NCBI RefSeq assembly: GCF_009914755.1
Contig: NC_060936.1
DNA length: 64,000 nucleotides
Strand: one strand, 5' to 3'
Source of the DNA: the human T2T-CHM13v2.0 reference genome, Homo sapiens
The translations under genes and the position numbers were made by a program. Positions 42,401 to 60,000 of the stretch are shown piece by piece. How positions within the stretch are numbered: position 1 is the stretch's first letter; every line of letters begins with the position of its first letter. A model generated the notes under the pieces. It saw only the letters and a list, made by a program, of their open reading frames with translations. It was not told the origin of the DNA and did not search any database.

Positions 42401-45400
42401 AGAATGTTTCTGTCTAATTTTTATGTGAAGATATTTCCTTTTCCACAAAAGGCCTCAAAGCGCTCCTAATATCCACTTGCAGATTATACAAAAAGAGTGT
42501 TTCCAAACTGCTCAATCAAAAGAAGGGTTCAATTCTTTGAGATGAATGCACACATCACAAAGAAGTTTCTCAGAATCCTTCTGTGTAGTTTTTATGTGGA
42601 GATATCTCCTTTTCACCTGTGCATCTCAATGTGCTCCAAATATACCTTTGCAGAAACTACAAAAAGAGTGTTTCAAAACTGCTCAATCAAAAGAAAGGTT
42701 CAACTCTGTGACTTGGATGCAAACATCACAAAGAAGTTTCTCAGAATACTTCTGTCTAGTTTTTAAGTGAAAATATTTCCTTTTAAACTACAGTCCTCAA
42801 AGTGCTCCAAATATCCATCTGCATATACTAGAAAAAGAGTGTTTCCAAACTGTTCAATGAAAAGAAAGGTTCAACTCTGTGAGTTGAATGCACACATCAC
42901 AAAATGTTTCTTAGAATGTTTCTGTCTAGTTTTTATTTGAAGGTATTTCCTTTTCCACCATAGGACTCAAAGTGCTGCAAATATCCACTTGCAGATTCTA
43001 CATAAAGAGTGTATCAAACTGCTCAATCAAAAGAAATGTTCAACTCCGTGAGATGAAGGCACACATCACAAAGAAGTTTCTCAGAATGCTTCTGTCTAGT
43101 ATTTATATGAAGATATTACTTTTTTGGCTATAGGCCGCAAAGCGCTCCAAATTTCCATTTGCAGATGCTACAAAAACAGCTTTTCCAAACTCCTCAATGA
43201 AAAGAAAGGTTCAACTCTGTGAGATGAATGCACACATCACAAAGAAGTTTCTGAGAATGCTGCTGTCTAGTTTTTATGTGAAAATATTTCCTTTTCAAAC
43301 ATGGGCCACAAAGTGCTCCAAATCTCCAGTTGCAGGTTCTACAAAAAGATTGTTTCATAACTGCTCAATCAGAAGAAATGTTCAACTCTGTGAGATGAAT
43401 GCACATATCACAAAGAAGTTTCTCAGAAGTCTTCTGTCTAGTTTTTATGTGAAGATATTTCCTTTTCATCTTTAGGCCTCAACACACTCCAAATATCCAT
43501 TTGCAGATACTACAAGAAGAATGTTTCCAAGCTGCTCAATCAAAAGAAAGTTTCAAATCTTTGAATAGAATGCACATGTCACAAAGAAGTTTTTGAGAAT
43601 GCTTCTGTGTAGTTTTCATATGAATATATTTCCTTTTCCATCATAGGCCTCAAAGCGCTCCAAATATACACTTGCAGATTCTACAAAAAGAGGGTTTCTA
43701 AACTGTTCAATCAAAAGAAAGGTTCAACTCTGTGAGATGAATGAACACATCACAAAGAAGTTTCTGAGAATGCTTCTGTCTAGTTTTTATGTGAAGATAT
43801 TTCCTTTTCAACTATAGGCCTCAGAGCACTCCAAATATCCATTTGCAGATACTACAATGAGACTGTTACCGAAGAGTTCAATCAGAAGAAAGATTCAAAT
43901 CTGTGACTTGAATGCTCACATCACAACGAAGTTTCTGAGAACGCTTCTGGCTAATTTTTATGTGAAGATATTTCCTTTTCCACCATTAACTTCAAAGAGC
44001 TCCAAGTATCCACTTGCAGGTTCTACAAAAAGAGTGTTTCAAAACTGATCAATCAAAAGAAAGGTTCAACTCTGTGAGATGAATGCACACACCAGAAAAT
44101 GTTTCTGAGAATTCTTCTGTCTACATTTTATGTGAAGATATTTCCTTTTCAATTACTGGCGTCAAAGCGATCCAAATATCCATTTACAGACACTACAAAA
44201 AGTTGTTTCCAAACTGCTCAATCCAAAGAAAGGTTCAAATCTGTGAGTTGAATGCACACATCACAAAGAAGTTTCTGAGAATGTTTCTGTCTGCTTTTTA
44301 TGTGAAGATATTTCCTCTTCCACCTTAGGACTCAAAGTGCTCCAAACATCCAATTGCAGATTTTACAAAAAGAACGTTTCCAAACTGATCAATCTAAAGA
44401 AATTTTCAACTCTTTTCGATGGATGCACACATCAGAAAGAAGTTTCTCAGAATACTTCTGTCTAGTTTTTAGTTGAAGATATTTCCTTTTCAAGTACAGG
44501 CACGAAAGGCCTCCAAATATCCATTTGCAGATATTACAAAAAGACTGTTTCTGAACTTTTCAATCAAAAGAAAGGTTCAACTCTGTGAGTTCAATGCACA
44601 CATCACAAAGAAGTTTCTGAGAACACTTCTGTCTAGTTTTTATATGAAGATATTTCCTTTTCCACCATAGGTCCCAAAGCGCTCCATATATCACTTGCAG
44701 ATTCTGCAAAAAGAGGTTTTCCCAGCTGCTCAATCAAATGAAAGGGTCAACTCTGTGAGATGAATGCACACATCACAAAGAAGTTTCTGAGAATGCTTCT
44801 GTCTAGTTTTTATGTGAAGATATTTCCTTTTCAACTATTGGCCTCAATGCAATCAAATTTCCATCTGCAGATACTACAAAAAGGTGTTTCCAATCTGCTC
44901 AATCAATAGAAATGTTCAATTCTGTGAGTTGAATGCACACATGATAAAGAAGTTTCTGAGAATGCTTCTGTCTAGTTTTCATATGTAGATATTTCCTTCT
45001 CTGCCACAGGCCTCAAAGCGCTCCAAATATCCACTTGCAGATTCCACAAAAAGAGTGTTTCTAAACTGCCCAATTGGAAGAAAGGTTCAACTCTGTAAGA
45101 TGAGTGCACACATAACAAAGAAGTTTCTGAGAATCCTTCTGTCTAGTTTTTATGTGAAGATATTTCCTTTTCCACCATAGGCCTCAAAGTGCTCCAAATA
45201 TCCACTCGCAGACTCTACAAAAAGTGTGTTTCAAAACTGCTCAATCAAAAGAAAGTTTCAACTCTGTGAGGTGAACGCACACATCACAAAGCTGTTTCAC
45301 AGAATGCTTCCATTTAGTTTTTATATGAAGATATTTCCTTTTCCGCCATAGGACTCAAAGCGCTCCAAATCTCCATTTGCAGAGTCTACAAGAAGAGTGT

Positions 45401-48400
45401 TTCAAAACTACTCAATCTGGGAGAAGAATACCCACATCACAAATAAGTTTCTCAGAAGGCTTCTGTCTTGTTTTTACATGAAGATATTTCCTTTTCAACT
45501 GTAGGCCTCAAGGCACTCCAAATACCCATTTGCAGGTACTACAAAAAGAGTGTTTCAAAAGTGCCCAATTGAAAGAAAGGTTCAACTCTTTGAGTTGAAT
45601 GCACACATCACAAAGAAGTTCTTGAGAATGCTTCTGTGTAGTTTTTAGTTGAAGATATTTCCTTTTCCACCTTAAGCCTCAAAGCGCTCCAAATATCCAC
45701 TAGCACATTCTACAAAAAGAGTGTTTCTAAACTGCTCAATCAAAAGAAATGTTCAACTCTGTGAGATGAATGCACACATTACAAAGAATTTTCTCAGAAT
45801 GCTTCTGTCTAGTTTTTATGTGAAGATATTTCCTTTTCAACTATAGGCCAAAAAGCGCTCCAAATATCCATTTGCAGATACTACAATGAGACTGTTTCCA
45901 AACTGTTCAATCAAAAGAAACGTTCAACTCTGTGAGTTGAATGCTCACAACACAACGAAGTTTCTGAGAATGCTTCTGTAGAGTTTGTAGTTGAAGATAT
46001 TTCCTTTTCAAGTATAGGCCACAAAGGGCTCCAAATATCCATTTGCAGATATTACAAAAAGACTGTTTCTGAACTGTTCAATCAAAAGAAAGTTTCAACT
46101 CTTTGAGTTCAATGCACACATCACAAAGAAGTTTCTCAGAATGCTTCTGCCTAGTTTTTCTGTGAAGATATTTCATTTTCCACCATAGGACTCAAAGCCC
46201 TCCAAATATCCACTTGCAGATACTACAAAAAGAGTTTTTCCAAACTGCTTAATCAAATGAAAGGTTGAACTCTGTGAGATGAATGCACACATCGCAAACA
46301 AGTTTCTCGGAATACTTCTGTCTAATTTTTATGTGAATGTATTTTCTTTTCAACTATTGACCTCAAAGTGCTCAAAATATCCATTTGCAGATACTACCAA
46401 AAGGTGTTTCCAAACTGCTCAATGAAAAGAAATGTTCAATTCTGTGAGTTGAATGGACACATCACAAAGAAGTTTCTGAGAATGCTTCTGTCTAGTTTTT
46501 ATGTGAAGATATTTCCTTCTCCATGACAGGCCTCAAAGCACTCCAAGCATCCACTTGCAGATTCTACAAAAAGAGTGTTTCAAAACTGCTCAATGAAAAG
46601 AAAGGTTGAGCTCTGTAAGATGAATGCACACATCACAAAGAAGTTGCTGAGAATGATTCTGTGAGATTTTTATGTGAAGATATTTCCTTCTCCACCATAG
46701 GCCTCAAAGCCCTCCAAATATCCACTAGCATATTCTACAAAAAGAGTCTTTCTATAGTGCTCAATTAAAAGACTGGTTCAACTCTGGGAGATGAATGCAC
46801 ACATCACAAAGAAGTTTCTGAGAATGCTTCTGTCAAGTTTTTATGTTAAGATATTTCCTTTTGCACCATAGGCCTCAAAGCGCTCCAAATATCCACTTGC
46901 AGATTATTCAAAAAGAGTGTTTTCAAACTGCACAATTGAAAGAAAGGTTCAACTCTGTGAGATGAATGCACACATCAGAAAGAAGTTTCTCAGAATGCTT
47001 CCGTCTAGTTTATAGGTGAAGATATTTCCTTTTCAACTATGGGCCACAAATGGCACCAAATATCCACTTGCAGATACTACAAAAACACCGTTGTGTAACT
47101 GTTCAATCAAAAGAAACGTTCAACTGCCTGATTTCAAAGCATGCATCACAGAGAAGTTTCTGAGAATGCTTCTGTCTAGTTTTAATGTGAAGATATTTCC
47201 TTTTGCACCATAGGCCTCAAGCCTTTCAAATATCCACTTGCAGATTCTGCAAAAAGCGTTTTTCCAAACTGCTCAATCAAAAGAAAGGTTCAACTCTGTG
47301 AGATGAATGCACACATCAGAAAGAAGTTTCACAGAATGCTTCTGTCTAGTTTATAGGTGAAGATATTTCCTTTTCAACTATGGGCCACAAATGGCACGAA
47401 ATATCCACTTGAAGATACTATAAAAACACCGTTTTGTAACTGTTCAATCAAAAGAAAGGTTCAACTCTCTGATTTCAATGCATGCATCACAAAGTTTCTG
47501 AGAATGTTTCTGTCTAGTTTTAATGTGAAGATATTTCCTTTTGCACCATAGTCCTCAAAGCCTTTCAAATATCCACTTTCATATTCTACAAAAATAGTTT
47601 TTCCAAACTGCTCAATCAAAAGAAAGGTTCAATTCTGTGAGATGAATGTACACATCACAAAGAAGTTTCTCAGAATGCTTCTGTCTACACTATATGTGAA
47701 GATATTTTCTTTTCATCTATTGGCCTTAAACCGCTCAAAATATCGATTTGCAGATACTACAAAAAGGGGTTTTCCAAACTTCTCAATCAAAAGAAATGTT
47801 CAATTCTGTAAGTTGAATGCACACAACACGAAGAAGTTTCTGAGAATGCTTCTGTGTAGTTTTTATGCGAAGATATTTCCTTCTCCACCATGGTCCTCAA
47901 AGCACTGTAAGTATCCACTTGCAGATTCTACAAAAATAGTGTTGCAAAACTGCTCCATCAAAAGAAAGTTTCAACTATGTGAGATGAATGCATGCATCAC
48001 AAAGAAGTTTCTCAGAATGCTTCTGTATAGTTTTCATGCCAAGATATTTCCTTTTCCACCATAGGCCTCAAAGCGCTCCAAATATCCACTTGGAGATTCT
48101 ACAAAAAGAGTGTTTCTGAACTGTTCAATCAAAAGACAGGTTCAACTCTGCGAGTTCAATGCACACATCACAAAACAGTTTTTGAGCATGCTTCTGTCTC
48201 GTATTAATGTGAAGAGTTTCCTATTCCACCATAGGCCTCAAAGTGCTCCAAATATCCACTTGCAGATCCTACAAAAAGAGTGTTTCAAAACTGCTCAATC
48301 AAAACAAAGGTTCAACTCTGTGTGATGAATGCACACATCACAAAGGAGTTTCTGAGAAGGCTTCTGTCTGGTTTTAATGTGAAGATATTTCCTATTCCAC

Positions 48401-50871
48401 CATAGGCCTCACAGCGCTCCAAGTATCCACTTGCAGATTCGACAAAAATAGTGTTTCAAAACTGCTTAATCAAAAGAAAGGTTCAACCATGTGAGATGAT
48501 TGCACACGTCACAAAGAAGTTTCTCAGATTGCTTCTGTCTAGTTTTTATGTGACAATATTTCCTTTTCAAGTATAGGCCTCAAAAGGCTCCAAATGTCCA
48601 TTTGCAGACACTAGAAAAAGAGAGTTTCCAAACTGCTCAATCAAAAGGAAGGTTCAACTCTGTGAGTTGAATGCACACATCACAAGGAAGCATCTGAGAA
48701 TGCTTCTGTCCCGTTTTTATGTGAAGATATTTCCTTTTCCAACAGAGTCCTCAAAGTACTCCAAATTTCCACTTGCAGATTCCACTAAAAGACTGTTTCC
48801 AAACTGCTCAATCCAAAGAAATGTTCAACACTGTGAGCTGAATGCACACATCACAAAGAAGTTTCTGAGAATGCTTCTGTCTTGTTTTTATGTGAAAATA
48901 TTTCCTTTTCCACCATAGTCCTCAAAGCACTCCAAATATCCACTTGCAGATTCTACAAAAAGGGTTTCCAAATTGCTCAATCAAAAGAAATGATCAACTC
49001 TGTGAGATGAATGCATATGACACAAAGAAGTTTCTCAGAATGCTTCTGTCTAGTTTTTAGGTGAAGATATTTCCTTTTCAACTATAGGCCAAAAAGCGCT
49101 CCAAATATCCATTTGCAGATACTACAGAAAGACTGTTTCCGAGCTTTTCAATCATAAGAAAGGTTCAACTCTCTGAATTCAATGCACATATCACAAAGAA
49201 GTTTCTGAGAATTGTCCTGTCTGGTTTTTGTTTGAAGATATTTCCTTTTCCTCCACAGGACTCAAATCGCTCCAAATATACACTTGCAGATTCTACAAAA
49301 AAAGTGTTTCCGAACTGCTCAATCAAAAGAATGTTTCAACTATATGTGATGAATGCACACATCACAAAGAAGTTTCTCAGAATGCTTCTCTCAACTTTTT
49401 ATATGCAGACATTTCCTTTTCAAATAAGCCTCAAGGTGCTCCAAATATCCATTGGCAGATACTACAAAAAGACTGTCTCCATCTATTCCATCAAAGGAAA
49501 GGGTCAAATCTGTGGGTTCAGTGCACACTTCACAATGAAGTTTATGAGAATGCTTCTGTCTAGTTTTTGTGTGAAGATATTTCCTTTTCCACCACAGGCC
49601 AGAAAGCCTTCCAATTATCCACGTTCAGATCCTACTAAAAGAGTGTTTCAAAACCGCTCATTCAAAGAAAGTTTCAAATCTGTGAGATGAATACACACAT
49701 CACAAAGACGTTTCTCAGAATGCTTCTGTGTAGTTTTTATGTGAAGATATTTCCTTTTCTGCAATAGGCCTCAAAGCGCTCCAAATATCGACTTGAAGAT
49801 TATACAAAATGAGAGTTTCAAAACTGCTCCATCAAAAGATATGTTCAAATTTGTGAGTTGAATGCACACATCACAAAGGAGTATCTCAAAATTCTTATGT
49901 GTAGTTTTTATGTGAAGATATTTCCTTCTCCACTATTGGCTTCAAAGGGCTCCAAATATCTTCTTGCAGATTATACAAAAAGAGAGTTTTAAAACTCCTC
50001 TATCAACAGATAGGTTCAACTCTTGAGAGTTGATTGCGCAAATCACAAAGAAGTTTCTCAGAATACTTCTATGTAGTTTTTATGTGAAGATATTTCCTTT
50101 TCCACCATATGCCTCAAAGCGCTCCAAATATCCAGTTGCAGGCTCTACAACAAGAGTGTTTCCAAACTGCTCAATCAAAAGAAAGGTTCAACTCTGTGAG
50201 ATGAATGCACACATCACAAAGTAGTTTCTCAGAATGCTTCCGTGTAGTTTTTATGTGAAGATATTTCATTTTCCGCAATAGGCCTCAAAGCCCTCCAATT
50301 ATCCACTTGCAGATTCTACAAAAAGAGTGTTTCAAAGCTGCTCAATCAAAGATATGGTTCAACACTGTGAGATGAATGCATACATCACAATTAAGTTTCT
50401 CAGAATTCTTCTGTGTACTTTTTACATGAAGATATTTCCTTTTCCACAATAGGCCTCAAAGGGCTCCAAATATCCTCTTGCAGATTCTACTAAAAGAGTT
50501 TACAAACTGCTCAATCAAAAGAAAAGTTCAACTCTGTGTGATGAATGCACACATCACAAAGTAGTTTCTCAGAATGCATCTGTGTAGTTTATATGGGAAG
50601 ATATTTCCCCTCCTCCGCTGGCCACAAAGGGCTTCAAATATCCACTTGCAGAAGCTATGAAAAGAGTGTTTCATAACTGCTCAATTGAAAGAAAGGTTCA
50701 ATTCTTTTAGACGAATGCACATATCACCAAGAAGTTTCTCAGAATGCTTCTGTCTAGTTTTTATATGAAGATATTTCCTTTTCCACAGTAGGCCTCAAAG
50801 CGCTCCAAATATCCACTTGGAGATTCTACAAAAAGAATGTTTCCCAACTGCTCAATCAAAAGAAAGGTTCA
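36428..50871 (-). repeat. Alpha satellite, reverse orientation, with dimeric substructure
   Basis: ~171-bp periodic reverse-complement consensus starting gagtttctgagaatgcttctgtc. Confidence 0.98.
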
Positions 50872-51906
50872 GAGAGGGCAGCCAAGATGGCTGAATTGGA
50901 ACAGCTCTGGTCTACCGCTCCAAGCATGAGTGACACTGAAGATGGGTGATTTCTGCATTTCCATCTGAGGTAAGTGGTTCATCTCTTTTGGAAGTTCCAG
51001 ACTGTGAGTGCAAGACAGCCGGTCCAGCTCACCATGTGTGAGCCAAAGCAGGGAGAGGAATTACCTCACTTGGGAAGTGCAAGGGTTCAGGGAGTTCCCT
51101 TACCTAGTCAAAGAAAGTGGTGACAGAAGGCACCTGGGAATTCAGGTCACTCCCACAACAATACTGTGCTTTTTCGACAGGCTTAGAAATCGGTGCACCA
51201 GGAGATTATATCCAACACCTGGCTTGGGAGTCCTACACCCATGGAGTCTCACTGATTGCTAGCACAGCAGTCTGAGATTGAACAGCAAGGCGGCAGTGAG
51301 GCTGGGGGTGGGTCGTCCGCCATTGCCCAGGCTTGCTTAGGTAAACAAAGCAGCTGGGAAGATGAAACTGGGTGGAGCCCACCACAGTTCAAGGAGGCCT
51401 GCCTGCCTCTTCAGGCTCCACCTCTAGGGGCAGGGCACAGACAAACAAAAAGACAGCAGTAACCTCGGAAGACTTAAATGTCCCTGTCTGACAGCTTTGA
51501 ATAGAGCAGTGGTTCTCCCAGCATGCAGATGAATATCTGAGAATGGGCAGACTGCCTCCTCAAGTGGGTCCCTGACCCCTGGTCTCCGAACAGCCTAACT
51601 GGGAGGCACCCCTCAGTAGGGGCAGACTGACACATCACACAGCTGGGTACTCCTCTGAGACAAAACTTCCAGAGGAATGATCAGACAGCAGCATTCACGA
51701 TTCACCAAAATTCACGGTTCTGCAGCCACCACAGCTGGTACCCAGGCAAACAGGGTCTGGAATGGACCTCTATCAAACTCCAACGGACCTGCAGCTGAGG
51801 GTCCTGTCTGTTAGAAGGAAAACTAACAAACAGAAAGGACATCCACACGAAAAACCCACCTGTACATCACCATCATCAAAGACCAAAAGTAGATAAAATG
51901 ACAAAG
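50872..51906 (+). promoter_or_regulatory. L1 5'UTR internal promoter with YY1 motif (gccaagatggc at 50881)
   Basis: L1PA 5'UTR homology; CpG-depleted; retains the ~128-bp segment 51654-51781. Confidence 0.8.
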
Positions 51907-52922
51907 CTGGGGAAGAAACAGAGCAGAAAAACTGGAAACTCTAAAAAGCAGAGCACCTCTCCTCCTGCAAAGGAAGGCAGCTCCTCACCAGCAATGCAAC
52001 AAAGCTGGGCGGAGAATGACTTTGATGAGTTGAGAGAAGAAGCCTTCAGATGATCAAACTACTCCAAGCTAAAGGAGGAAATTCAAACCAAAGGCAAAGA
52101 AGTTGAAAACTTTGAAAAAAATTTAGACGAATGTATAATTAGAATAAACAATAAGATAAGTGCTTAAAGGAGCTGATGGAGCTGAAAGTCAAGGCTCGAG
52201 AACTATCTGAAGAATGTAGAAGCCCCAGGAGCCGATGCAATCACCTGGAAGAAAGGGTATCAGTGATGGAAGATGAAATGAATGAAATGAAGTGAGAAGG
52301 GAAGTTTAGAGAAAAAAGAATAAAAAGAAATGAAAAAAGCCTCCAAGAAATATGGGACTATGTGAAAAGACCAAATCTACGTCTCACTGGTGTACATGAA
52401 AGTGACGGGGAGAATGGAACCAAGTTGGAAAGCACTCTGCAGGATATTATCCAGGAGAACTTCCCCAATCTAGCAAGGCAGGCCAACATTCAGATTCAGG
52501 AAATACAGAGAACGCCACAAAGATACTCCTCGAGAAGAGCAACTCCAATATACATCATTGTCAGATTCTCCAAAGTTGAAATAAAGAAAAAAATGTTAAG
52601 GGCAGCCAGAGAGAAAAGTCGGGTTACCCACAAAGGGATGCCCATCAGACTAACAGCGGATCTCTCTGCAGAAACTCTACAAGCCAGAAGAGAGTGGGGG
52701 CGAATATTCAACATTCTTAAAGAAAAGAATTTTCAACCCAGAATTTCAGACCCAGCCAAACTCAGCTTCACAAGTGAAGGAGAAATAAAATACTTTACAG
52801 ACAAGCAAATGCTGAGAGATTTTGTCACCACCAGGCCTGCCCTAAAAGAGCTCCTGAAGGAAGCACTAAACATGGAAAGGAACAACAGGTACCAGCCACT
52901 GCAAAATCATGCCGAATTGTAA
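51907..52922 (+). pseudogene. L1 ORF1, disrupted
   Basis: The normal ATG is now CTG and there is an in-frame TGA at 52051. The C-terminal 186 aa are open (KRPNLRLTGV...NHAEL*). Confidence 0.92.
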
Positions 52923-52985
52923 AGACCATCGAGGCTAGGAAGAAAATGCATCAACTAAAGAGCAAAATAGCCAGCTACCATCATA

Positions 52986-56815
<3,830 letters not shown>

Positions 56816-57025
56816 ACAATGAGAACACATGGACACAGGAAGGGGAAAATCACACTCTGGGGACCCTTGTGGGGTGGGGTGAGTCGGGTGGGATAGCATT
56901 AGGAGATATACCTAATGCTAAATGAAGATTTAATGGGTGCAGCACACCAGCATGGCACATGTGTACATATGTAACTAAACTGCACATTGTGCACATGTAC
57001 CCTAAAACTTAAATAATAATAAAAG

Positions 57026-60000
57026 AAAGAAATGTTCCACACTGTGAGATGAAAGCATACATCACAAAGAAGTTTCTGAAAATGCTTCCGTGTAGGTTTT
57101 ATCTGAAGATATTTCCTTTTCCACCATAGGCAGCAAAGGGCTCCAAATATCCACTTGCAGATTCTACAAAAAGAGTGTTTCGAAACTGCTCTATCAAATG
57201 AAATGTTCAACTTTGTGAGATGAATGCACACATCACAAAGTAGTTTCTCAGAATGTTTCTCTGTACTTTTTATGTGAAGATATATCCTTTTCCACCATAG
57301 GACTCAAAGCCCTCCTAATATCCACTTGCAGATTCTCCAAAAAGAGTGTTTCAAAACTGCTCAATTAAAAGAAAGGTTCAGCTCTGTGAGATGAATGCAC
57401 ACAAAACAGAGACTTTTCTGAGAATACTTCTGTGTAGTTTTTATGTGAAGATATTTTCTATTCCACCATAGTCCTCAAAGCACTCCAAACATCCACTAGC
57501 ACATTCTACAAAAAGAGTGTTTCAAAACTGCTCAATCAAAAGAAAGGCTCAACTATGTGAGTTGAATGCACACATCACAAAGAAGTTTCTGAGAATGCTT
57601 CGGTCTAATTTTTATGTGAAGATATTACCTTTTCCACAAGAGGCCTCAAAGTGCTCTAAATGTCCACTTGCAGATTCTACAAAAAGAGTGTCTAAAAACT
57701 GCTCAATCAAAAGAGAGTTTCAACTCTATGAGATGAATGAACAAATCACAAAGAAGTTTCTCAGAATGCTTCTGTGTAATTTTTATGTGAAGATATTTCC
57801 TTTTCCACCATAGGCCGCATAAGGCTCCAAATATCCACCTGCAGATTTCTACAAAATAGAGTATCAAAACTGCTCTATCAAAAGTTAGGTTCAACTCTGT
57901 GAGATGAATGCAGACATCACAAAGTAGTTTCTCAGAATGCTTCTGTGTAGTATTTATGTGAAGATATTTCCTTTTCCACAATAGGCCACAAAGTGCTCCA
58001 AATATCTACTTCCAGATTCTACAAAAAGAATATTTCAAAACTGCTCAATCAAAAGAAAATTTAAACTCTGTGAGATGAATGCACACATCACCAAGTAGTT
58101 TGTGAGAAATATTCTGTGTAGTTTTTATGTGAAGATATTCCCGTTTCCACGCTAGGCCTCCAAGGACTCTAAATATCCACTTGCAGATTCTACTAAAAGT
58201 GTGTTTCTAAATTGCTCAATGAAAAGAAAAGTTGAACTCTGTGATGTCAATTCACACATCACAAAGAAGTTTCTGAGAATGATTCTGTGTAGTTTTTATG
58301 TGAAGATATTCCCTTTTCCACAATAGACCTCAAAGCACTCCAAAGATCCACTTGCAGATTCTACAAAAAGAGTGTTTTGAAACTCCACATTCAAATGAAG
58401 TATTCAAATCTGTGACATTAATGCACACATCACAAAGAAGTTTCTCAGAATGCTTCTGTGCAGTTTTTATATGAAGATATTTCTTTTTCCACAATAGGCC
58501 TCAAAGCACTCCAGATATCCACTTGCAGATTCGATGAAAAGAGTGTTTCAAAACTGCTCAATCAAATGAAAATTTCATCTCTGTGAGATGAAAGCACACA
58601 TCACAAAGAAGTTTCTGATAATGCTTCTGTGTAGTTTTTATGTGAAGATATTTCCTTTTCCACAAATTACTCAAAGGGCTCCTAACATCCCCTTGCAGAT
58701 TTTACAAAAAGAGTGTTTCAAAACTGCTCAATCAAAAGAAAGGTTCAACTCTGTGAGATGAATGGACACAAAACAAAGAAGTTTTTGAGAATGCTTCTGT
58801 GTGGTTTTTATGTGAAGATATTTGCTTTTCCAAAATAGGCATCAAAGCGCTCCAAATATCGACTTGCAGATTCTACCAAAAGACTGTTTCAAAACTGCTC
58901 AATCAAATGAAAGTTTCAAATCTGTGAGATGAATGCAGCCATCACAAAGAAGTTTCGCATAATGCTCCTATGCAGTTTTTATGGGAAGATATTTTATTTT
59001 CCACCATCGGCCACAAAGGGCTCCCAATATCCACTTACAGATTCTACAAAAAGAAAATTTCAAAACTGCTCTTTCAAAAGATAGGTTTAACTCTGCGAGT
59101 TGAATGCACGCATCACACAGAAGTTTCTGAGAATGCTTCTGTGTAGTTTTTATGTGAAGATATTTCCTTTTCCATTGTAGGCCTCAAAGCGCTCCAAATA
59201 TCCACTTGCAGATTCTCCAAAGAGAGTGTTTCAAAACTGGTCAATCAAAAGAAAAGTTCACCTCAGTGAGATGAATGCACACATAACAAAGAAGTTTCTG
59301 AGAATGCTTCTGTGTGGCTTTTATGTGAAGATATTTCGTTTTCCAAAATAGGCCTCAATACGCTCCAAATATCCCATTGAAGATTCTACAAAAAGAGTGT
59401 TTCCAAACTGCTCAGTCAAAAGAGAGTTTCAACTCTGTGAGATGAATGCACACATCACAAAGAAGTTTCTCAGAATGCTTCTGCATAGTTTTTATGTGAA
59501 GATATTTCCTTTTCCACCATAGGTGGGAAAGGCCTCCAAATATCCACTTGCAGATTCTAGAACAAGAGAGTTTCAGAACTGCTCTATCAAAAGATAGGTT
59601 CAACTCCGTGAGTTGAATGCACACATCACAAAGAACCTTCTAAGAATGCTTCTGTGTAATTTTTGTGTGAAGATATATCGTTTTCTGCCATAGGCCACAA
59701 ACGGCTCCAAATATACAGTTTCAGATTCTACAAAAAGAGAGTTTCAAAACTGCTCTATCAAAACATAGGTTCAACTCAGTGAGAAGAATGCACACATCAC
59801 AAAGAAGCTTATCAGAATCCTTCTGTGTACTTTTCATGTGAAGATATTTTCTTTTCCATATTAGGCCTCCTAGGGCTCCAAATATCCACTTGCAGATTCT
59901 ACTAAAAGAGTTTTTGCAAACTGCTCAATCAGAAGAATGTTTCAACTCTGTGTGATGAATGCACACATCACAAAGAAGTTTCTGAGAATGCTTCTGTGTA

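Noticed and set aside
51898-52053. New in-frame ATG three codons upstream of the mutated ORF1 start
   Set aside because: The frame ends at TGA 52051 after ~51 codons, so ORF1 is not rescued.
58139-58155. CENP-B-box-like tcccgtttccacgctag
   Set aside because: Only the CGGG half matches and TTCG is absent; likely a chance change in an A-type monomer.
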